A DNA stretch of 64,000 nt from contig NC_043009.1 of the NCBI RefSeq assembly GCF_006345805.1, positions 2,852,001-2,916,000 of the forward strand. The letters are read 5' to 3'. The notes under the pieces were generated by a model. That model was not told where the DNA came from, searched no databases, and worked only from the letters and a program-made list of their open reading frames with translations. Position 1 is the first letter of the stretch; each line of letters begins with the position of its first letter. Shown piece by piece: positions 23,773 to 37,320 of this stretch. A program made the position numbers and the translations under genes. Origin of the DNA: Octopus sinensis (taxonomy: Eukaryota).

Positions 23773-25367
23773 CCATATTAAGATAAATGTATTTGAAATG
23801 TTAAGGTGTTTCCATTATTTTGTCCAACCCCATCACCGTCATCATTATCATCATCATCATTGTCAACGTCATTCGCATTGTATCGCAGCCGATGTTTCGA
23901 TTGAAAAAAAAACTACTTCCATTCCTGTTTCAATTGCTAAATTCTGCTATCATATCCAAAAATGCTCCCTTCTTGCTCAGTAAATGACAAGAGCACTTAA
24001 ATATTTCTTTGTCTAGAAGAGCGATATTTTGTATAATATCAGTATGCCTATTACCAAATACATTTTTGAGGCAAAACACAACTGACGACAACTAATAACA
24101 CTGCGATACATAGTATGTATCATTACTCGTGATACTTGTTATACGTTACATATAAACCCAGTAAAATCTTTGTGATTTCTGTCATGGACAGAACACCACG
24201 CATTTCCTTCGAGAAAAGAGACGATCAACAGAACTTCCGGTTTAATTTGTACTTCATTATTGTAGGCTCTCGAAGGATGAATCGAAAAAGCTTGATAATA
24301 ACAATCATTTTAAACATTTTCAGAGGGTTGCTGGTTTAGCGGTCGGCGATTTCAGCTTTTAAATATTTTTCAAGATTTTACACGTAGCTGTATTATACAT
24401 GGCAATGAAGAGAAGCTAATACGTCTTCAGTGTTGTTTAAGCGCAGAGTTAAGACTGTTGCGAATAAATACAATTAAATCATTTGATTCATACATTCTTA
24501 TCACGATTACCCCATGACATGGAGTACTTACATTAAGACCGAACAGTATATTTTAGGTGATAGAAACTATAGAATTTTGTCCTTAACACACAGTATGGCT
24601 GGTGTTTATTTCCGCGACTAAAAGCTTTCAAGACAGTGCTCGAGCATGGCCGAAATCAAATGACTGAATCAAGTAAAATATAATATATAAAAGATAATCT
24701 TTACTTTCTGAGGAAAAGAAAAAAATCATTAGTGGTTACACTTTCCAGATCCCAGAAACTTGTGGGAACTGTTTATCATTCGATCGCATTACAAGCACCC
24801 AATACACACACGACAATATTAAACTGGGCGATGGACTAGCTCTAGAACACAGCTTGATATTTATATACATCCATATATCTTTAATCGAATCCAAAATGAT
24901 GAAATGTAAAGCAATCCACCTCCAACTGCGTACTGGATTCAATTTTCAAGCATCCTATCAATTTTGCCATCCAAGAACAAATTCATAATTATCAATATTT
25001 ATAACTAACAGCTGTAACTGAACGTTCTTGGACATATTCATACCTAAAATGAAGATAATCATAGGACTTCACTATATTTTAACAGGTTCATTTAAAAAGA
25101 TAATAACTGTGTTAAGTTAGTCTGAGATTGAAGGCTTTCTCGGAATTCTTATAGCCTGACCCTCTAAAGGGTCTAAATAAAGATATAAGACTTTTCTGTT
25201 TCGATCTAAAAGTAACAAGTGTGACCAAACGCCACCACATTGTGCTCTTTTCTTTGAAAGTCGCACGCCTTTGTAAAAGTTCAGCTACGCTGGTGCAAAA
25301 CAACAGCGCACAATTCCGAAGGAAGTTATATGCTTTCATTATACGCTTTTATTAATCAAGATAATTA

Positions 25368-25492
25368 TTGGTTTCAAATTTTGACACAAATTCCGCACTT
25401 TCGGTGGCTAATCAATTGCATCGATCCTAATGTTTGACTGGTATTTATTTTATCGACCCGAAAGGATTGAAAGCAATGTCGACCTCGGTAGT
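25368..25492 (-). mobile_element. S1-type SINE 3' fragment
   Basis: ttggtttcaaattttgacacaa...ttatcgacccgaaaggattgaaagcaatgtcgacctcgg. Confidence 0.7.
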
Positions 25493-26901
25493 ATTAAGAT
25501 TATCATTGAAAATATATAAAGTATACGAGCATTATAACAGAACAAGCACATATCTATAGGTAAGGGGTTAACGCACTGGAAGCCATCTTCTGGGCAATCT
25601 TTTTTTGTTTTCATTCATTTATCCTTCTTGAAGATGGAATTCTCTTGAAGTGATGTGAATTCATTGCCAAAGTGAACATAAACAAATACTACAGAAATAT
25701 TTGATTTGTATATAAATACTGGAAAAGTATTCAGTTGCATTCTCTTGTGTTCTTGGCTTTCTTATATACTCAGAAAGTTCTTTGTTTATACAATGCAAAT
25801 GTCAATAATATTTTGTGATTTTCTCATGGAAAAGTTCTGGTGAAATTGAAAAATCATATTATCATTACCAATAACTTGTTTCCCTTTTCATGTTTCTGGA
25901 AAGAAGAAACGAGAACAGTTGATCCCATTATAAATTATAGATTATAGAAAAACTACCGTATGACTAGTATGAAATGGAAAGGAAATATCTAAACTCCGAA
26001 TTGAAACTGTGTTTGAAAATCAGCTTATTGGGAGCCTAGAGTCATTTAACGACATTAGCGTCTTGCTGAGAATACATATGTGTAAATATAAACCACGTTT
26101 CGCATTTGTATTATCCATTGTTGTATTGTAGATAGGGCTGGGTTTCTGCATTAGAATTTCAATCAGCCCTTCATTAAAGTGTATTGATTTATTGAGACTT
26201 GAACATAATGATATTGCGAATTAGTAAAAGTAAGAGCGGTGTTTTCGTACAGTAGTTCCTATCTGCGAACTACTCATGTCAAACCAAGACATCGCCTAGA
26301 ACATCGTATCGACTTTTGATTCAGATCACTGTCGATAAAGAACTTTGTAAGAGTGATTGCATGACGAGAATACTAAATACAGGCTTCTTAGAAGTCCGGC
26401 AAAAACTAATCGATATTTTTGCTTTTCCCTCCTTACATATGTGTTCTCAATACAAACAAGCGTCAATTGAAAAGAACGTAAGATAACCGGATGTCACGAT
26501 AAGCTAAAAGACCGTCAGTAAACGAAGCTTAGAAAATCTAATATTATAAGACTTTCAATAATATTTTTCGAATTAACATCACCATTTCTATTAGGCTTCA
26601 CAGATATATTTAAACACACATGCCATCTGGCGTGTATGGTTTTCTCATATGGTGAGGTTGCATAATAATTAAATAGAGGAGGGTATGGGATAATCAGTGG
26701 AACAACAGAGAATCGAAAGAATATAGAGATTAGGTTACAGGAATATAGGACTTGTATTATACATTTTCACACTTCTTTAGTTTCAGTTCTAATCATGCAC
26801 ACATATATATGCCTCTGTGTGTGTGTGTGTGTGTGTATGGTGTATGTGAGGATATATGCATATATGAATACACTCACACACACACACATGCATACATATA
26901 T

Positions 26902-27020
<119 letters not shown>

Positions 27021-28569
27021 CACATGTACATACATCTACATATACAAATATACATATTCTTTCGAATGACGTAGAGTGATTCACTGCTGCCAAGGACCGT
27101 CAGAGAAGATATCTCATGCTATGGAGTTCAGAAGCACCGTTGGACGAATATCCATACACGCACATTCACAGACCGATGCACACACATACACAAACGCAGG
27201 CACTACCACGCACATACACACATACAGAGACAGAAATACATACACACATGCGTACATACGCACATAAATATATGTGTGTGAATATACATAGGCAATTGCA
27301 TATCATCGTCAGTACTTCGTTGTTACAAAAGAGTAATGGAATCCAGGGATACTGTTACAGCTCCTATATAGAGGTTAACAGAGCTATGCGGATGTGGCAT
27401 TACAGTAGACTCGCTGTCAATAACCAAACGCTAGGACGTCTTATATTATCCACAACGCATTGTTTTGTTATTATGTGTCATCTTGAAAATGTTTCGTTAT
27501 GCATAGCGTTTTCATTACGTAGTCCCATAATGTATAAGAGACGGAGTTTTAATATCTAAACTAAATGTTATTTTCACATGTTTTTGCCACTATATTGTGA
27601 AATCATGCAAATGTATTACTTACCGCAATTTCCTTACATTTTTATAGGGCGAGAGTTTGTAATTTGTGTCACCGCCATAACGTTATGTCTCTTTAATTTA
27701 ATGTCCACGTTTTTGCTTCGCTCTGCAGTATATTTAATATTAATAATGCAGTTTGGTTTGATATTTCTGTTAGATTATATCTTCCGTCAACAGTATCCAT
27801 CAGCTTTTGTTTGTGATTCTTGAACGAAAGAAAATCGACAGGTGTTCCCTCCCGCTTGCAATAAATAACCAACTGGGGGAGACGTCCTTCTGGGGTCGAA
27901 ACAGCAGAATCGTCACATCTTAGAGAACATCCACATTTAAGTATCAATAAACAGTACCTCTTGTTTAGTTCGTACACTGCTTCTATCTCGAAAAGATGTT
28001 TACTAACGGACTAGATTCTGATGGAGTCGGGTAATGTCTGGCTTATGGTTGGTGAGAGTCGGAATATCAGATAGGATATTTCGATTCTGTGCACAGAGGA
28101 AACCAACCCAATGAGTATTTAACGCGTAAGCGACGCGTCCAAACTACCAAATTACGCCTAACCTGAGTAGTACGTAGTTGGTATACTCTAGGTTGTCCCA
28201 GATATCGTAAATCTCTGGGGTATTGTTATCAAATAAATAATAACATACGATAGATAATCGTCAGCTCATCATAGCTATCTCCTCCGTCACTTTGCGAAGC
28301 AGAATGAGAGCATTATATCATTATTTTAAAAAAAACCTTAATCATCTGATGAGAATAATTTTTTCAAAATTAGGAATATATCCAGGAATGCAACCTTGAA
28401 AGACATATCTCTGCTGTATTTCTGGATATAATTTTAGTTTGTAAAATTACTACGCATCTGATGACTACGGTCTTTTATGATAATATAATGTTCTCATTAT
28501 TCTATTAAAAGTTACGTAAGAAATAGTTCTAATGAGTTGACAATTATCCACCGTATGTTATTATTTATT

Positions 28570-28658
<89 letters not shown>

Positions 28659-30096
28659 GTGTGTGTAAGATTGTTCTGCGTACAGATGACCTGTTAAAAT
28701 AATTGGTTTATGCAGCGAAAAAGTATCAGTAAATATGAGCCTGCTTGAAAACATTCCACTAATAACCATAAATACCGAAAGAATTTTGAATAAGAATACT
28801 CATACAGTAAGTTACTGTTGCCAAACTACATATATAAAAAAAAAATCATGAGCCAGTTCTATCAGATAAGTTAAGCATTATATGCAAGATTTGCAACGTA
28901 TTCTCACACAATCAGGCATGCAACGCTCAAATGGTTGTAGTTGGAAGAAAAAGTACATTTGCCGTTCTTGTTTCTGTTAAAGCTTCGTTCAGTGTAGTGT
29001 TTGACCAGGTTGTACCCCTTTCGGCTTTATAAGGAACCAACCACTGATAATGTTTTAGTGACAGTCGAGAACATCATAGTCGAATAGAACTCTGATATTC
29101 TGATATTCTTGTGCCTCATTCTCATTCTCCGGGTATATTATATTTTTGTGGCCTAACATTTTTAACTTACCATGTTTATAATTTTAAAAAAATGAAGTTA
29201 GAAAACAATAGAACCTAACCTAGCTTGGACATATAGAAAATGTTTTATAAGATAGGCTGATATTAATATTTTAAAGAATAAAAATTATTACATGCAATAC
29301 TGAATATTTCGTTCGTTTAATTAATAAATTTTTGTTACACAGAGATAGAAATGCGTTTCACAATGGAGTAAAGAGTGAAGAGTATGTTTTAGATAGTCGA
29401 CTTGAGAGTATAAACCTGAATAGCTATATTTTGTGACAAAAGATACAATTTAATTCTGGAATATCAAATACTATTTTGTATATTTTTTGCCGCAAAAAAT
29501 CTCTGCATTAATGAATGAGAAAATTATCTCTCATCTGTTTAACGAACGAATATGTGCAGTTAAGTGCCGGTCCTTTGACCGGGATATGGTTAAAGGTTTA
29601 AATTAACTAACTGATGAGGTTAACTCAGACATTGAACTAATTATATAAACAGTAAATGAATTTCACTAAATTATAAAGTCAAAAAAGTTACATTAGATTT
29701 TATTTAATTAGCTGAACACTCACTTTGAGATAATGTATTTAGAGTAATTTGCACCTCACGTATAATTCAATTAATCTAAAATGGGCATACACAAGCGTAT
29801 TAGGCTAATTAATACATGCGATAGCGTTAGTATTGTTATCATTGCTGTTAGTGCTGTTGCATTGTATGCGTTCTAGAATGAGATTGAAGACCATATGTTC
29901 AATCCAATCTGATTTTATTATATGAACGGCAAAACAATATTAAACTTCGGTTCCACGAAACAATTTTTAGTTGAAAGTTATGTGTATTAACGATAGCTTT
30001 TTTGTGAACTGCATGAACTTAGGTGATACAGAAGAACCGTATATACCGGTTTCGATATAGAATAATGCTCTACGCTAAAGCTAATATACGCTGAAG

Positions 30097-30512
30097 CTGG
30101 CGGCGAGTTGGCAGACACGTTAGCGCGCCGGGCGAAATGCTTAGCGGTACTTCGTCTGCCGTTACGATCTGTGTTCAACTTCCGCCGAGGTCGACTTTGC
30201 CTTTCATTCTTTCGGGGTCGATTAAATAAGTACCAGTTACTCACTGTGGTCGATATAATCAACTTAATCCGTTTGTCTGTCCTTGTTTGTCCTCTCTGTG
30301 TTTAGCCCCTTGTGGGTAGTAAAGAAATAGGTACTTCGTCAGTCGCTACGTTCTGAGTTCAAATTCCGCCGAGGTCGACTTTGCCTTTCATCCTTTTGGG
30401 GTCGATAAATAAAGTACCAGTTACGCACTGGGGTCGATGTAATCGACTTAATCCGTTTGTCTGTCCTTGTTTGTCCCCTCTATGTTTAGCCCCTTAAGGG
30501 CAATAAAGAAAT
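30097..30512 (+). mobile_element. Full-length S1 SINE with 13-bp target-site duplication
   Basis: Complete S1 body; atatacgctgaag at 30084-30096 and again at 30513-30525. Confidence 0.92.
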
Positions 30513-31033
30513 ATATACGCTGAAGTTGATACTTTCATTACAATATGTGGGTGATATCAATATTCAATGAAATACTATTCCTACCATTTCTGCCACCTAT
30601 CTGAAACAAAGTATTTATATGTAAGTTCTACTTTTCTCTGAAAGATGAAAGAGTTTCATATATTGAATTATAATTTTCTTGTGTTCCATTTTCTAAGTAG
30701 AATCCTCTCCTGGAATGTGTAACAAGAACACACGCTACATAACCCTCTCTAAAAAACTATACAGATATATTCTTTTTCGGGTTGTTACGTGTTAGTCTAC
30801 TACTGGATGTTGACCTTTAAACATGGATACAATGTAATACCGCTCACAGGGTAAAAACCTTTGACCTTTTATACAGAAATATGTTACTCACCGAATCCAT
30901 GACCAGCGATATTCTTTGTAAACAGAAATTCTTCGTAAGAAAAAAAAGAAACATAGTATTCAATATAATCACGCTGAAGTAAACCGAAACTGCATGTGGT
31001 TTTCATGGACAAATACCTCTGAGCATAGTTACA

Positions 31034-31067
<34 letters not shown>

Positions 31068-32160
31068 CTATATTCGTAGAGGTTGAATTTAATCACATCT
31101 AGTACATATTCATGGAGGATAGACTAGAATATAAATATTTTAAATGAAATAGAAAACGTTTTGCAAGTAGTTGGCTAAGGATATATATTAAATGTAATTA
31201 ATTTGCTCCCAGGAAAAATAAGCGGAATTGTTTAATTTCTTACGAGCACAGATATCTATTTCTACATTATTGTCTGTATTGACTTACAGTTCATCTAGTC
31301 TAACACAAATTTCATTTCAGTCACATCAATGGAAGTAAATGTTATCAGTAACACGTGTTCGTGGAATCCTGTTCAAATTTACAGTTCCATTGCAAAACGG
31401 TAGATATTATGGCGCTATGATATCGACGGAGACTAGATTTGTACAGCAATTAGACATCTTATATTTTAACACAGCGCAGCACCAGCGATTATATACGAAC
31501 ACGTAGCTCCCCAGTTGATTCTCTAATAAACAATTAAATACCGAAATTCTTTAAATGAACTACATATTTAATTTCTTCGTGTATTTTGACTTTTGTTTCT
31601 CATACGCACATATTTACTATATACAATTATCCCTTTCAGAATTAATCTAATAACAAATCCACTATTCTTTTAACTTAAACATTGAAGAAAAATGATGAAT
31701 CGGACAGTATATTTGGAGCAATAATTTAAATTACAGAAGAAGCACTCAGGTGCGTTCGTATAACAAAAGAAGTTCAGTGTAAAATGAAAAAAAGTCGACA
31801 TTAAAATTCAATGACCTCAAATACGAAGAGCTTGAAATAAATCCATTTTCTTGAGGTGTTAAAAGATCACATTTGCTGCCAAAATATTGACAGATACTGA
31901 TCTGTCAATTGTGAATTTCTTTGAATGTTTCGACATCAACTTCACTGCTGTGAGCATTTAGAATTAAAGACTATACCATCAGGTATTTATTCTGCATCAT
32001 ATATACCCGAAAAGAAAAGGTACCTGTGCAATGGAGCGGACGTATGTTAAAGTATGTAAATATTTTCTTGAGTATACATTATACACCATGCAATATGAAG
32101 CACCTATTACAATCAACAATCTGATCAAGATCCCTTGCTATAATTTGAGTTTTATATATA

Positions 32161-32364
32161 CAGGGTGTCCCTGCAGTCGCGCACCATTCTGCTTTTCATT
32201 AAAAATTATTAAAGCAATTTATTTTATTATATTTTTCCGGCATGTTTTATTGTTAGGGTGCTCAATTTGAGCATTTGTTATGATCAATTTGAAACAACGT
32301 GTTATGAATTCAGTAAGGTGTATTCTTTTAATAAACCAGGGTGGTGCCCGAATTCTGGGACCCC

Positions 32365-32367
<3 letters not shown>
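32161..32367. mobile_element. 207-bp Tc1/mariner-type MITE
   Basis: ~31-bp imperfect TIRs (cagggtgtccctgcagtcgcgcacca versus reverse-complemented cagggggtcccagaattcgggcacca); TA on both sides. Confidence 0.8.
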
Positions 32368-32402
<35 letters not shown>

Positions 32403-32509
32403 TTTAAAATGAGGGTGAGAAATTTGATATTAATTTAATTAATATCAATTTCACAGCAGTGGTCTAGCATATAAAAAAAACTGAAGGTTCAGTAAAATTG
32501 TATTATACA

Positions 32510-32670
32510 TGCATACGACGGGTTTCTATCAGTTTCTGCCTACTAAATTCACTCACAAAACTTTGGTCACCCCGTGGCTATAGTAGAAGACACTTGCCCA
32601 AGGTGCCACGCAGTGGGACTGAACCCAGAAGCAAGTGGTTCGTATGCAAGCTAATTACCACACAGCCACT
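32510..32670 (-). mobile_element. SINE family S2, 5' portion
   Basis: gacacttgcccaaggtgccacgcagtgggactgaaccc...taccacacagccact. Confidence 0.8.
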
Positions 32671-33726
32671 ATATTTGTTTACAAATAATTTATCTCAATG
32701 AAGGGTTAATATAGTAAGTTGTTACAGTATAATTTTTAAAAATAATTTACAAACGTATTTGAATACTAAAACACTTAATTTAAAATAACGAGCTTGCAGA
32801 ATAGCTCCAGGAATCAAATTGGAGAAACAAAGAAGAATTAAGTGAATTTCCATTTTCATTACAATTATATTCCGTTCCTAAATTGGCGAGCATGTATCTC
32901 AACGAGATACTGTATTGCAATCAATGTAAACCAGACGAAAATTTGATCTTAACGACCAGGTGAATGCACAAGAAATAGCGCATCGAATAAAATAATCATG
33001 AAACATTTAGTGCAATTAACCTCCCTGAACAAGTAGTTCATCTGGTGACTATTCATCTTGGCTACTAGTATATCCTTAAAAAATATGTGTAGAATTTGAA
33101 TGTCTTGCTTCTCTGGGCATGGACATATTAAAACTCCGACATCTGGCGACTGAATTGATGAACACCCACAAGGTTATCTATCATCTTTTCAACGAAAAGC
33201 TTGGACACATTTTTGAATTTCATATGTATAACAATCGTGATACAGGTTTACAAAATCAAAAAAGAAAAAGTACAGAACAGCGCCTATGACTTTCGGAAAC
33301 ATTCTCTCACGCTCAGAATTTCCGAAGCCTCGAATAATCTCCCCGTAACAGTTGTTAGCTACCGTGACACTACAATCTACAAAATTTCCGTGCTCTTGAA
33401 ATCCGTCAAAAGTACACCTGATGCTGCCTGATTCTTCTTTAAATCTTTTGAGTTGTAGTGCAAATGAGAATTGTGTATATAGAGATCAGTATATATTATA
33501 TTATATATTAGTTTCAAATTTTGGGAAAAACCCAGCAGTGTCGTGGGGCCGAGTGAGTCAATTAGATCGTGCCTAGTGCTCAACCGGCGCTTATTTTATC
33601 TATCCAAAGTCGCCCTTAGCGAAATTTGTGCGGAGAGATGTGAACATGCAAGTCTCACCACATACACACAAATGCACACACACACTTACATAGACATAAT
33701 ACGCACATACACACATATTTACATAT

Positions 33727-33900
33727 TGGTTTCAAGTTTTGGCACAAGGCCAGCAATTTTGCGGGAGGAGTAATTCAATTGAATATATCCTAATGCTCAT
33801 CATATGCTTATTTTTTCGACTGAAGAGATGAATTGGAGGAATTTGAACATAAATCGTAAAGACGAACGAAATGCTAACGATTCTGCCAGCTGGCCGTCTT
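33727..33900 (-). mobile_element. Decayed S1-type SINE
   Basis: ttggtttcaagttttggcacaaggccagcaattt...ctaacgattctgccagctggccgtctta. Confidence 0.7.
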
Positions 33901-34699
33901 ACGCACGTTTAAATATTAAACAAAATCAAGGTAACAGAAATAATTCTGGGCCAGCCACTGGAAAATGTGTGCTCACAAAAGTGCACTTGCGCGCGCTTGT
34001 TAATTTTATGTATATATATATATATATATATATGAAAGTGTATGTTGATAAACTCGTGTAAATATTTTGTCGTGAGTATATTTCATACAATTTAATGATG
34101 AAAACATTGCGAATTTTATATCATGGTATGTTTCTACGTGTTGTGTGTGTGAGTGTGTGTTTTCTTTTTTTCTTTGCAGATTTGGAATAACGTGTTATAA
34201 TACTATATTAGTAGGAGCTCAACTAAACATTATAACCTAAGGCAGCATGATGAAATATTTAGAGTTTGATAATGAAGGGAGGAGAAGAAACCAAATGTGA
34301 GACATTTAGAAAAATTACAAATCAATAGAAAAAAAAGAAAGAAGAAAAAACTATTTTACATGAGAATAAAATGAGAGGAACAATTTAAAAAAAACAATAT
34401 GTACTAAACACATCAAAATTCACAGAAAATTTCCTAAGAAAATATCCCGATAAAATAAATGGTGGTGGGATCTTAGATATTCTGTGGGAAGTTTTTAAAC
34501 ATGAAACAAAACAAAATATTAATTTTTTTCGTCAAATTTTAGTTTTTTTTTATCATCCAGAAGATATGGAGGAAGACGGAATAAAAGCTTAACAATGTTG
34601 CGTTGTTGCATTCCTCAAGGTTATGGGATGTTTCTGCTGTTAGCATCATGTGTGTACACACATATGCACACACGCATACACACATTCACTAATACTCAG

Positions 34700-34733
<34 letters not shown>

Positions 34734-34998
34734 GTACATATACATACGCAGACACACACGTATGTATGTATTTTATACATACATATACGCGCGCGTGTGT
34801 GTGTGTGTATTTCTACTTTCTCTTTTGCTTTCTTAATTTAAATTTTCATTATTCAAAACAATCTTTACAATTTTATGTTTGCTTTATATTTTCATTTCAA
34901 TTTTCATTCAATAGATTTATTTATATTAAGAACATCCCACTTTCTCCACGGAAAACGAAAAAGCAAGAGCACTGGGGGGATAAGAAGAGTGAGAGTAA

Positions 34999-35103
34999 AG
35001 AGCAGTAGTAGTAGTAGTAGTAGTAGTTGTAGCAGTAGTAGTCGTAGAAGAAGAAGGAGAAGACGAAGAAGTAGTATATTAGTAGTAGTAGTAGTAGTAG
35101 TAA

Positions 35104-35163
<60 letters not shown>

Positions 35164-35336
35164 AAGAAGAAGAAGAAGGAAACGCACTACGATGACTTGA
35201 AGAAAAAGATGATGATGACGATGATGATGATGATGATGATGCTGATGATGATGATGACAACGATGACGATGATTATGATGATGCTGACGACAACGATGAT
35301 GATAATGATGATAATGATGATAATGACGATGATGAC

Positions 35337-35370
<34 letters not shown>

Positions 35371-35575
35371 AAGCAAAAACGCAGAAGAACATTAAGGAGG
35401 AGAAGAAATACAAAAATACAACCCGGAGAAGAACAAGAATATGAGGAAGAAGAAGAAGAGAAGAAGAAGAAGAAGAAGAAGAAGAAGAAGAAGAAGAAGA
35501 AGACAAGAAGAAGAGAAGAAGAAGAAGAAGAAGAAGAAGAAGAAGAAAAGAAGGAGAAGGAAGATAAACTAAACG
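34999..35575. repeat. Compound trinucleotide microsatellite (AGT)n-(GAT)n-(GAA)n
   Basis: Direct reading; the source of the poly-S/T/H/M/E/K ORFs. Confidence 0.95.
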
Positions 35576-35870
35576 AAAAGCAATAAAACATTATTTGTGT
35601 AATCTCATACGTTTTTGTCTCTTTTTTTTTTCATTTTTCGAAATAGCTCAAGGAATTCATTTCATGGAAACATTGAAGACTCTGGCGTTTATCATTCTTT
35701 TTGTTCTCAATTTAACAACACATAGGATGACTCCATTTTCTGCGGGCAACAGCTTTTCAATTTCCACGCCTGTCTATCATTACGAGCGATCATTCTATAT
35801 GAATGCGATTATTCTTTTCCTATTTGGCTTCTCTAGCTCGCAGCAACAGTTTAGTTTATTCGTAGCAATT

Positions 35871-35874
<4 letters not shown>

Positions 35875-35918
<44 letters not shown>

Positions 35919-35969
35919 ATATATATATAATATATATATATATGATATATATATATATTATATATATAT

Positions 35970-36015
<46 letters not shown>

Positions 36016-36041
36016 TATATGTATGTATGTATATATATATA

Positions 36042-36097
<56 letters not shown>

Positions 36098-36125
36098 GTA
36101 TATATACATATATGTATGTATATAT
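35875..36125. repeat. Long interrupted (TA)n tract (one of dozens in the window)
   Basis: Direct reading. Confidence 0.95.
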
Positions 36126-36585
36126 ACAATTTCTCTCGTATATTTACATTATAATTACACACAGTCGTTCTCAATCTGTGACATCCTACACTGCTCAAAC
36201 GCTGTTCTCTCTGCCTATTCAATCTTTTTTTAATTATTCGGTTATTGAAAGATCACGTCTACACAAACAAATATATTTCTCATTACCAACACATACATAT
36301 TTATACATGCATACCTACATACATACATACATACATACATACATACATACATACATACATACATGTATGCACACATACATACACACATACATATATACAT
36401 ACATATATATACATACAAGCATGCATACATTTCTCTCTCTCTCTCTCTCTCTCTAAACACACACACACATGTATATATATATATATGAGATCTCCCTTTT
36501 TAGTAGAAGAAATAGCTATAACTCTTTGACTGCTATTTCTAAATTCGGTATGTGGTAAGGCAATTCGTTGCTAAACCCTTTATTG

Positions 36586-36633
<48 letters not shown>

Positions 36634-36669
36634 ATATATATATAATATATATATATATGCAGTAATTAC

Positions 36670-37320
36670 AGTTTGAATTCCAAAGGAATTTTTGACCATT
36701 CTTCAGCTAAAACAGTCTCCAATTCCTTTAGTGATGATGGTGGAGGATATCGACTCCTCACTTATCTGTGGTCGCCAGATAAGACGTTCAACTACACTAG
36801 AATGTTCCTCGTGCTATTCAATAACAACTTTAGCTATTTGGATTAAGGTAAATAGCTAACGTTTCCCTCCTGCAACAGTTCCACAAACATAGGATGAATT
36901 TGATCAGATAAAATGCTTAAAAAGTATTGACTATAAATTCTGAAGGGAAACCGTTAGGCCGGCGGATTTCCAAGATGTAGCACAGATCATCAGAGATCCA
37001 CCTCAATGTTTAACAGTTGGAAGAACGCAGTCTGGGTTAAATGCTTCTTTTGACTGTCTCCACAAGTATCCTCGGCCGGTGGTCGGAAATAATTTAACTG
37101 ATGACTCCTCCGACAAAATAACATCGTTCCGCCGCTCTAGGGAGCAATTATGTAGGTTTTTACTCCACTCCCTACACTTTGCGACGTTTATTTTTGAAAG
37201 TAGTGGTTTTCTGATGGCAGCTCTCCCGTGAAATGTGGGTTTGTGCAGCTCCCAGTAAACAGTTTTTTGTTGTAACTGGGTTCTTGAGGTGGTCATTAAT
37301 CGCTGCGGCAATTTTGGGAG
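36670..37320 (-). mobile_element. Decayed Tc1-family transposase fragment
   Basis: FHGRAAIRKPLLSKINVAKCREW...VILSEESSVKLFPTTGRGYLWRQSKEAFNPDCVLPTVKH, matching Tc1 GR.ARKKP.L...R..WA...V.FSDES...GR.YVWR...P.CL.PTVKH; degenerate continuation downstream. Confidence 0.85.

Noticed and set aside
27875-27915. HHR-like ctgggggagac...gtcgaaacagcag
   Set aside because: The core is degenerate and there is no helix I partner or NUH; possibly an old pLTR but unsupported.
34875-35591. Poly-Met/Glu/Lys, poly-His and poly-Ser/Thr ORFs
   Set aside because: Compound trinucleotide repeats are open in several frames on both strands; no domain or credible splice context.
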